Origin: Nostoc punctiforme PCC 73102
GTDB taxonomy: Bacteria > Cyanobacteriota > Cyanobacteriia > Cyanobacteriales > Nostocaceae
Assembly: GCF_000020025.1 (NCBI RefSeq)
Contig: NC_010628.1
Span: 2,310,001 to 2,342,000, forward strand
DNA length: 32,000 nucleotides
Direction: 5' to 3'
Below the pieces are notes generated by a model. It made no database searches, was not told the origin of the DNA, and saw only the letters and a program-made list of their open reading frames with translations. How positions within the stretch are numbered: position 1 is the first letter of the stretch; the number at the start of each line of letters is the position of its first letter. Below are positions 25,566 through 32,000 of the stretch, one piece after another. Both the position numbers and the translations under genes were made by a program.

Positions 25566-26525
25566 CTAACCTTGTAATAATCGGTAAATTATTCCACTAA
25601 TAATTGCAGCAGTGGGTAAAGTTAAAATCCACGATAATAGTATCTGATAAAACACACCCATATTGGCTTTTTTGCCAGTCAAACCGACTCCAAAAATAGA
25701 ACCAACTGAAACATGAGTGGTGGAAACAGGAAGTCCAAACAGACTAGCTGCAATCACTAGAATTCCAGTTACTATATTTGCTGATAAGCCTTGAGGAGGA
25801 TTCAATGAGGTAATCTTTTCACTCATGGTGACAGCAACTTTTTGGGAGTTGAGTAAACCGCCAAGTGCCATTGCGATCGCAATTGTGATCATTCCCCCCT
25901 GAACCGAAAAATACTCAATAACTAGAATAAGTGAGGAAATTTTGGGAGTATCATTTAATCCTCTAGCAAAACTCACAACTCCGGCGCTGAGAAAATGGCA
26001 AGTATCAATCATTTTTTGATTGACTGGTAGGTGCCATTTGGAATTGATATAGCCAGATAAGCTGTAAATTGCTGCTCCGAAGGGAATAGCCACGATCGGA
26101 CTGAGAAATAAAGGCAAAACAAAGGAAGTTCCCAAAACGGCAAAATTAACTTTGAGTCCGATCGCAACTAATCCAGCGCCAACCAGCGCACCTATTAAAC
26201 TGTGAGTTGTGGAAATGGGAAACCCCATAAGGGTGGCTATCAGTACAGTTAGACCAGTTGCGATCGCAACTGCGAGATGAAACTCTGGTAAATTAGCGAT
26301 CGCATCAGGCACTAATCCTTTACCAGAGAAGTTTTTAATTAGTGTACTTGCCAAAAAAGTTGCAGTTGCTGCACCACCTAAAGTTGTGAAAGTTGCCCAC
26401 AAAATTGCTGTTTGATAGCTACTAGTTCGGCTACCAAACAACGTTGCTACCCCTTTAAAGTTGTCATTGGCACCATTAGAATATGCTAAAAAAAGCGTAG
26501 CGATAAATAAACTAATTAACAACAT
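25566..26525 (-). CDS. PiT/PHO4-family inorganic anion (phosphate-type) transporter
   Basis: Polytopic 319-aa ORF with the duplicated family signature GANDNFKGVAT (N-terminal half) and ARGLNDTPK (C-terminal half), plus STTH motifs in both halves. Confidence 0.75.
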   Translation of the reverse strand: MLLISLFIATLFLAYSNGANDNFKGVATLFGSRTSSYQTAILWATFTTLGGAATATFLASTLIKNFSGKGLVPDAIANLPEFHLAVAIATGLTVLIATLMGFPISTTHSLIGALVGAGLVAIGLKVNFAVLGTSFVLPLFLSPIVAIPFGAAIYSLSGYINSKWHLPVNQKMIDTCHFLSAGVVSFARGLNDTPKISSLILVIEYFSVQGGMITIAIAMALGGLLNSQKVAVTMSEKITSLNPPQGLSANIVTGILVIAASLFGLPVSTTHVSVGSIFGVGLTGKKANMGVFYQILLSWILTLPTAAIISGIIYRLLQG

Positions 26526-26639
26526 TTTGGAGTTTATAAATAAGAAGTCAGAATCCAGAATTAAGAATGCAATTTGTAAAATATTTCAATTATACATTCA
26601 TACCCCAGCGATGCACTGAGCTTGTCGTACCCCTCCGGG

Positions 26640-26717
26640 GAAGCAAGCTACGCGGAGCGTCTCGTAGAGAAGTGTCGTACAGAATAATTCTGTTAGCGGT
26701 AGCGGGGCGTTTAGCCC
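26640..26717. repeat. Two abutting dispersed repeats in the arsM-PiT spacer
   Basis: 26640-26672 (GAAGCAAGCTACGCGGAGCGTCTCGTAGAGAAG) belongs to the same family as 7590-7622. 26692-26717 is the reverse complement of 22023-22048. Confidence 0.8.
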
Positions 26718-26754
26718 ATTCTGACTCCTGACACCTGAATTCCTTTTTCCAAAA

Positions 26755-27723
26755 TTAACAGCAACCACCACCGATATAGTGCCAGGTCGAGTTAGTAACA
26801 ATTATTTCTGCTGGCTTGATAGCCGCAAGTTTAGCAGCAGTTTTATCACATACTGCTGCGGGAATACCTCGCTGGAGTAAATGTCCGGCTGAGTCATCGA
26901 AGAAGGGTTCCGAGCCAGCATAAATTGCTGTTTTTCCCGTGAAAATGCAAGCACCATCTTCTGGAATATCAACTTTAAAGGAGACAGAATCCAGGCTTTC
27001 TAAAAGTAGGTGTTCGTCTAAATTATAAGTCTGGGAATCTAGTAGACGATAAGGACGACGGGCGCGAATTTCAACTTGACCAAAGCCAGCATTTGTAATC
27101 CGTTCAGTATACTCTTGATATGTGAGTGCGCCTGATAAACACATGGCTCTGAGTCGTTCATCTTGTTGAAGATGTGCTGGAATTTGGCTAGTGGCAATTG
27201 GATCGCTCATCTGCAAACGTCCGCCTGGTTTTAATACCCGATAGGCTTCTTTTAAAGCACGGTTTAAATCTTCTGGCTCAAAGATGTTGAAAAGACAATT
27301 CTGCGCCACGATATCGACGCTAGCATCAGCAACAGGTAAGTTAAAAGCATCACCTTCGCGGATTTCTACAAAACTCGTGTCAAACCACGGGTCTTCTTGA
27401 GCAGCAATTTCCAGATTGCGTGCGGCTGCTTCCCGCATGGCCCCAACCGGTTCAACGGCAATTACAGCACCTGCATAGCGGGAAAAATAAGCGAATTGCA
27501 ACGCTTCTAAGCCGCCACCAACGCCGACATAAAGCACAGTAGGCTGATTTCCTAGTTCGGTGGAGTGAACGGTAGTGCCACAACCATAGTTCATTTCCTG
27601 CATAGCCAAAGGAATTTTCAACCCTGGTAGTTGCAGGGGTGTACTTTGCACACAACAAAGTCCAACTTGTGGGGTTTCGGCAACTTCGCGGTAGAATTGC
27701 GCTGCTGTTTCTAGATAAGTCAT
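26755..27723 (-). CDS. arsM: ArsM-like SAM-dependent (arsenite) methyltransferase
   Basis: Class I SAM fold (VLYVGVGGGLEAL). Conserved Cys positions follow the ArsM layout: GLCCV, NYGCGT, QNCLFN, AMCLSGA. The C-terminus ends GGGCC. It lies in the same cluster as arsS. Confidence 0.6.
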   Translation of the reverse strand: MTYLETAAQFYREVAETPQVGLCCVQSTPLQLPGLKIPLAMQEMNYGCGTTVHSTELGNQPTVLYVGVGGGLEALQFAYFSRYAGAVIAVEPVGAMREAAARNLEIAAQEDPWFDTSFVEIREGDAFNLPVADASVDIVAQNCLFNIFEPEDLNRALKEAYRVLKPGGRLQMSDPIATSQIPAHLQQDERLRAMCLSGALTYQEYTERITNAGFGQVEIRARRPYRLLDSQTYNLDEHLLLESLDSVSFKVDIPEDGACIFTGKTAIYAGSEPFFDDSAGHLLQRGIPAAVCDKTAAKLAAIKPAEIIVTNSTWHYIGGGCC

Positions 27724-27912
27724 GCAGTTTTAGATTTTTATGATGATGACAGCTTTGTGCATCCTAATATAATTAACCCTGAGTTGGATGAGTTATTGCT
27801 CAGATTGCCAAAAACCCCAAATCTTCCTAGAACAGAAAACTTTGAGGTTTTATCGTTATTTCACACTGGATAGGGGATAAGGGAGATGAGGGACAAGAAT
27901 TAATAACCAATG

Positions 27913-27940
27913 CCCAATTCCCCATTCCCCATTCCCCATC
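27913..27940. repeat. STRR-like heptamer run (CCCAATT CCCCATT CCCCATT CCCCATC)
   Basis: Direct reading. It ends 7 nt downstream of the response-regulator stop, and a partially complementary G-rich run lies at 27871-27895. Confidence 0.8.
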
Positions 27941-27946
27941 TCAAAT

Positions 27947-28621
27947 TCAATCATGCAATGTGTAGCCGACACCACTCACAGTTTGAATGAGACACTTTTC
28001 GTTATTGGCTTCAAGTTTCAGACGCAGGTAGCGTATATGAAGTTCGATGATGTTGGCATCGCTTATGAAGTCGTAAGCCCAAACTTCTTGTAAAATGCGA
28101 TCGCAGGTAATTAGCTGTCGTGGATGGGCCAGTAAATATTCGAGTAAATCAAATTCCTTAGCAGTTAACTCAATTAACCTTTGATCTCGGTACACTTGGC
28201 GCGTGCGACGATTTAAACTCAGGTCTTCAAATTCTAAAACATCTGCGCTGTCTACTTGCCAACTTCTTCGCAGGTGAGCGCCAACTCTGGTTAATAATTC
28301 ATCAACACTGAAGGGCTTAACGAGGTAATCATCAGCACCAGCGTCTAAGCCTACAATGCGATCGCTTACTTCATCTTTGACGGTTAATAATATTATCGGC
28401 AATTTATCACTAATATTTCGCAGGTGGCGGCAAATTTCTGACCCCGATAAGCCAGGCAACACCCAGTCTAAAATTACTAAATCTAGATGTAACTCACGCG
28501 CTGCGGTGAGTGCAGTTAATCCATCGTAGGCAATACTGACTTGATAGCCTTCATAATTTAATTCTAATTCGACAAATCGCGCCAGTTTGACTTCATCTTC
28601 AACCAGTAAGATGTGCGTCAT
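27947..28621 (-). CDS. OmpR/PhoB-family response regulator
   Basis: Receiver domain (ILLVEDE, LVILDW acceptor Asp, KPF) and winged-helix domain (LTAKEFDLLEYLLAHPRQ...IQTVSGVGYTL). Confidence 0.9.
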   Translation of the reverse strand: MTHILLVEDEVKLARFVELELNYEGYQVSIAYDGLTALTAARELHLDLVILDWVLPGLSGSEICRHLRNISDKLPIILLTVKDEVSDRIVGLDAGADDYLVKPFSVDELLTRVGAHLRRSWQVDSADVLEFEDLSLNRRTRQVYRDQRLIELTAKEFDLLEYLLAHPRQLITCDRILQEVWAYDFISDANIIELHIRYLRLKLEANNEKCLIQTVSGVGYTLHD

Positions 28622-28814
28622 GATGATATTAATGATTTCAGCAGGGTACGGTAAGCAACAATACGGTCTGGAAACACTTTAGCGAGGTGCCAGCTACTTA
28701 CATAGCCAAACATCTAAATTAGGTGTACGTTAGCTTAGTATAAACCTGAGTAAGTAACAACAGTATATTTGCAAATACCAATGGCTGCTTAATCAAAGAA
28801 CATCAAACTGACTA

Positions 28815-29102
28815 TTAGCAATAGCTTGTGACATCTTCACCACATTTATCGGCAAGATAACAGAGCGCTTTAAAACGCAAACCAACCACTTCCTCATATA
28901 GGGGATTTAATTTACACATCGGGGGAATATGAAATAGCTTCCGACCAAACAGTATGATATCTTGCTCAAAGGGACACTGAGCAGGAATAGCTTTGCATAA
29001 GAAATGAGCCAATTTAGAGTTATGAATTTCTATCTTTTCCAACCACTCGCGCACTGGGTGTAGTAAATCATTGTGTGACCGTACTTGAATAAAGCTTGTC
29101 AT
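28815..29102 (-). CDS. Mo-dependent nitrogenase C-terminal domain (Mo-nitro_C) family small protein
   Basis: 95 aa. The sequence LCKAIPAQCPFEQDIILFGRKLFHIPPMCKLNPLYEEVVGLRFKALCYLADKCG fits my recollection of the Cys pattern of this cyanobacterial family. Confidence 0.65.
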   Translation of the reverse strand: MTSFIQVRSHNDLLHPVREWLEKIEIHNSKLAHFLCKAIPAQCPFEQDIILFGRKLFHIPPMCKLNPLYEEVVGLRFKALCYLADKCGEDVTSYC

Positions 29103-29476
29103 AATTTTTCACCTTAATAATTTCAAACTAGATTGAGTTTGTTCTATTTGAACCTCTATAAATACATACACTTAGGTTCTATAGTTTTATGCACTGATTC
29201 CTAGTTCGTTCGTTCTCTACAAAGATAGAATGAATCTCTAGGTACACTGTAAACTACACATTCAAGGATCAAAATTCCTGATGATTTATCCCATTTCCAA
29301 AAACTTTTGCAAGAAATAAATCGGCTAAAGCTGTAACTCACTGGGTCGAGAACCGTTATATTGTGCCAAACGCTAGGCTAGATATTGCCGGACTGCAAAA
29401 CTATAACCAAATTCTGGGAGGCGCAGCTAAACTTAGCCTAAAAAAGCATCAAGCTTTAAGAAAGCTGCGAAAACTT

Positions 29477-30100
29477 ATGACTGATAACTTGTTCACTAAC
29501 AAAAAGTTACTTTTTGACCGATGGGCACCAAGTTATGACTGGCTCTTTCCTTCAGTGTTTTATCGAGCCATTCACAAACGCTTGCTGGAGTACGTCGATT
29601 TACCAAAGCCAGCAAATGTACTTGATATCGGTTGTGGTACTGGCCGCTTACTTGAGCGCCTTGCTACTCAGTTTCCCGACCTGCGGGGTACTGGATTGGA
29701 TTTCTCTGCTAATATGTTGCGGTTAGCAAGACAGAGCAACCACCACCGTCCACGTTTAATTTATATTGAGGGCAAAGCTGAGTCTCTTCCCTTTGCTGAT
29801 GGTCAATTTGATGCTGTTTTCAGCACTATCAGCTTCTTGCACTATTTGGAACCGAAACAGGTGCTTAGTGAAATAGCACGGGTACTTTCTCCCGGTGGAC
29901 GCTTCTACTTAGTTGACATTAACATTACTTCTAAAAAAGAGGCAGAACCTCAATTATTGCCACTCACTCCCCGTGGAATTAGACTCTACAGTCCTAATCA
30001 ACGTCAACTTCTTGGCTCTTCTGCTGGGCTATTGTGTTTGAATCACCACTATTTATTAGGGCCAGTCTTACTAACAATTTTTGCTAAACCTCCGATTTGA
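29477..30100 (+). CDS. Class I SAM-dependent methyltransferase
   Basis: Motif I VLDIGCGTGRLLERL and post-I/II motifs DAVFSTISFLHY and LSPGGRFYLVD. I prefer the ATG at 29477 (MTDNLF...) to the non-ATG start at 29363 in the track. Confidence 0.8.
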   Translation: MTDNLFTNKKLLFDRWAPSYDWLFPSVFYRAIHKRLLEYVDLPKPANVLDIGCGTGRLLERLATQFPDLRGTGLDFSANMLRLARQSNHHRPRLIYIEGKAESLPFADGQFDAVFSTISFLHYLEPKQVLSEIARVLSPGGRFYLVDINITSKKEAEPQLLPLTPRGIRLYSPNQRQLLGSSAGLLCLNHHYLLGPVLLTIFAKPPI

Positions 30101-30157
30101 AAATAGGAAATGGGAGGGAGTAAAAGATTGGAAACAGCTTGTATCAGTCATTCTTCT

Positions 30158-30275
30158 CTAAGTAAGTTGGCACAATAAAATCAAAATATGTAAAGAAAAA
30201 TAAACTAGTCTAAAACCCTTATACCTATTGTCTATTGCCTTATCCCAACGACAATTATTTACGCTCACTTACTTG
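30158..30275 (+). repeat. Second copy of the ~120-bp MITE-like element
   Basis: See 13382-13501. The terminal inverted repeats are CTAAGTAAGTTGG and CTCACTTACTTG. Confidence 0.75.
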
Positions 30276-30290
30276 TATCTTAATTACGAA

Positions 30291-30788
30291 TTACGAATTA
30301 GTATGACCTCGATATTCCATAAATACCACAGGAACTTTGAGCAGCTTTTTAGCTAATTGCGACAATCTAAATTTATCGTTGAGCGTAGACAAGCCTGTTG
30401 TTCTGGGAAATTGTGGCAAGTCTTCAAAAGATATTGGTACAAAATTAAACCGACTGTAAAACTGTGCCAATCGTTCACCTAAACATTCAAGATAAAGTGG
30501 TTGCGTTGCTGTATTAATCAAATGCTGCGTTAGCAAAGTACCCAAACCGCGACCTCTCCAAGCTGATGCAACGACCAAACTACCAAGTTCTTGTGCCCCT
30601 GAAAAATTACGTAACTGTCCGCAAGCTACGAGATTATCACCGCATTCAATTACCCAAAATTGCTGCCAGTTTAATTGGGTTGGGTCGAGTTTCGCTGAGA
30701 ATACCAGCAATCGAATTGACCACTTATCCCCAGAGGTTGCCTTGCGAAGCATACACCCAGATGGTAACGATAGATTACTCTGGTTCAT
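30291..30788 (-). CDS. GNAT-family N-acetyltransferase
   Basis: Acetyl-CoA motif A in LVVASAWRGRGLGTLLTQHLI. The 165-aa size is typical. Confidence 0.8.
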   Translation of the reverse strand: MNQSNLSLPSGCMLRKATSGDKWSIRLLVFSAKLDPTQLNWQQFWVIECGDNLVACGQLRNFSGAQELGSLVVASAWRGRGLGTLLTQHLINTATQPLYLECLGERLAQFYSRFNFVPISFEDLPQFPRTTGLSTLNDKFRLSQLAKKLLKVPVVFMEYRGHTNS

Positions 30789-31082
30789 TAATTACACTTT
30801 GATAGTTTGGATCGTAATCATCACATCATATTATTCACCTAGCCAGGCTCAGATGCAAAAGCATCTTAGACATAAAACCGATTCCAAGTTCTCCCTTAAC
30901 CATAGGAAGCGTTGTAAGGTTAAAGAACTCTACATTTCTGGATTTTTTCAGTATACATGAGTAGTACTAAACAATACTTCCGATAGAGGTAGAAATCAGC
31001 CATAACTATATCTGGATAGATGCACTCACACCCCTAACCTTTTTAGGATAATACCAACAATAAGATTATTAGGAATGTAATA

Positions 31083-31274
31083 ATGACTGAACCACAAAAA
31101 GCTGGTAGCCAAGAAAATACACCCAGTTCTGGTAATTACGAAACCACTCTTGACGAAAGTAAGCGCAAAACTGGCGATGATGAAAAGAGCGATGCTAAAC
31201 CCACTGCTACACCAGAAGCACCAGAAAATGATTCTGTAGCAGGTAGCCCCAATCAGGGAACTGAGTCACGTTAA
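31083..31274 (+). CDS. Small acidic, low-complexity hypothetical protein (63 aa)
   Basis: ATG ORF in an otherwise empty region. The composition looks disordered (S/T/E/P/K-rich) and the SD is weak, so this is uncertain. Confidence 0.3.
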   Translation: MTEPQKAGSQENTPSSGNYETTLDESKRKTGDDEKSDAKPTATPEAPENDSVAGSPNQGTESR

Positions 31275-31514
31275 TTGGTTTGAAGTTTGCCAAGTTTCAA
31301 TAATCTACTTGGGTTTTTCTAGTAAACCCAATTTACTAAACTTTGAGTGGATGGTTGTGGTTTATATCACGATTATTCACTCATTTTTGTTGTGTGAGAA
31401 CGTGGTGCGGTAAGTTCGTAGGCGCAGCCCAATCTAGGCATAGCTTTTGTATTCTGGCATTGTTATGTATTTTATTTTACTTCGTACTAAAAAAATGATT
31501 TTCCTTGCGCTTAG

Positions 31515-31650
31515 TTAGGGCTTACACAAAACTATACGCGCTCAGGGGCAATAATTCCGTTGGAGAACTTGTAGAGTAAGCGCTTCGTGCCTACAGAAAT
31601 TGCCCCTACGGTAAATCAAGGCTTTCGCTGCTGTTTTGCGTAAGTCCTAA
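31515..31650. repeat. MITE-like long hairpin element
   Basis: Terminal inverted repeats are TTAGGGCTTACACAAAAC (31515-31532) and GTTTTGCGTAAGTCCTAA (31633-31650), with 16 of 18 positions complementary. Inner arms are AGGGGCAATAATT and GAAATTGCCCCT. Confidence 0.65.
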
Positions 31651-31849
31651 TTAATATTTTTGAATATGATGTCTGAAGTTTGTCAGCACAGTGCTAAGGG
31701 AAAATCACCTATCCCTGAAAATCTGCTCAACTTCATGATTCTTAATCATGCCAGCTTCTTCTAGTGGCTGACAGAAGTCCCACAATCCAATAGGCTGATC
31801 TTAAAGTGGTGATTTTTCACTGAGTCGTTAAGAACTACCTATACAGAAA

Positions 31850-32000
31850 ATGTCTCTTAAAATAGTCCAGAACTTTGATGGCAGCTTCACTCTTGAAGCA
31901 CAAGCCCAAGAAACTTTGTTCAACTTATTGACAAGCGATGCTTTCTTAAATCAAATTCGTCAACAATTGCAGTGTGAACAAATTAAATTTACAGAATTAA
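31850..32000 (+). CDS. Hypothetical protein, 5' part only (runs off window end)
   Basis: Hand translation from ATG at 31850 gives MSLKIVQNFDGSFTLEAQAQETLFNLLTSDAFLNQIRQQLQCEQIKFTEL, open to the window end. Confidence 0.4.
   Translation, partial: MSLKIVQNFDGSFTLEAQAQETLFNLLTSDAFLNQIRQQLQCEQIKFTEL

Noticed and set aside
24345-26801. Track ORFs 24345-24527 (+) and 26598-26801 (-).
   Set aside because: Both are composed almost entirely of dispersed-repeat sequence in short intergenic spacers (peptides GFWGKGKRLKGKK and ETLRVACFPGGV).
17430-28621. Pairing the histidine kinase at 17430-18554 with the response regulator at 27947-28621.
   Set aside because: They are 9.4 kb apart on opposite strands with unrelated genes between them. 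Nothing in the sequence links them, so this is listed only as a testable possibility.
13382-30275. The two MITE-like copies as the ends of a 17-kb composite mobile element.
   Set aside because: The interval contains compositionally heterogeneous genes with housekeeping-type functions. Related terminal motifs also occur elsewhere (around 3610, 4010 and 4270), which indicates a dispersed family rather than paired ends.
1727-30960. Many 60-130-aa track ORFs nested in, or antisense to, larger genes. Examples: 1727-1930, 2446-2649, 2857-3084, 5104-5316, 5506-5712, 7705-7896, 9289-9486, 10094-10276, 10938-11123, 11211-11516, 11783-11995, 12467-12775, 12800-12982, 14853-15050, 15556-15839, 18842-19282, 19344-19526, 19893-20475, 20566-20928, 21225-21703, 22787-23544, 24101-24307, 27452-27658, 29514-29726, 30566-30960.
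   Set aside because: Each overlaps a longer ORF that has clear family motifs. Their translations are Cys/Arg/Ser-rich or otherwise typical of out-of-frame reading.
1-32000. tRNA, rRNA, tmRNA and riboswitch genes in the intergenic regions.
   Set aside because: I found no T-loop-like GGTTCGAAT/GTTCRANYC contexts outside coding sequence and no recognisable conserved RNA motif. This was a visual scan only, so tRNAscan or Infernal should confirm it.

Overview
This looks like a chromosomal segment from a filamentous, Nostocales-type cyanobacterium. The evidence is many HIP1 octamers (GCGATCGC), STRR-like heptamer runs, several families of short dispersed hairpin repeats and MITE-like elements, and the gene content: a cyanobacteriochrome, a cytochrome c6-like protein, a Mo-nitrogenase-C-domain protein and a pentapeptide-repeat protein. 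I support about 28 protein genes. I saw no rRNA, tRNA or CRISPR array. In window order the content is: a truncated ROK/polyphosphate-glucokinase gene; a 2TM protein; a frameshifted IS110-family element; a 1.6 kb repeat-dense gene-poor stretch; a membrane-anchored protein with four tandem GAF domains, three of them DXCF-type cyanobacteriochromes, and no output domain; housekeeping genes (cytochrome c6-like, aldo/keto reductase, alpha/beta hydrolase, BON protein, ilvH); an AT-rich five-gene locus; a pentapeptide-repeat/HhH/membrane gene that appears split by a frameshift; an MDR oxidoreductase; a GC-rich beta-helix protein gene that is probably foreign; an arsM / PiT transporter / arsS arsenosugar-type cluster; an OmpR-type response regulator; a Mo-nitro_C protein; a SAM methyltransferase; and a GNAT. 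My best candidate for an undescribed system is the AT-rich locus at 13791-18554. It encodes a coiled-coil protein, a peptidoglycan-anchored membrane protein with a Roadblock-like cytoplasmic segment, a eukaryote-like Ras/Rab small GTPase, a small sensor-domain paralog, and a soluble histidine kinase with no partner response regulator. All homology calls come from reading the translations by eye. No database search or alignment was run.
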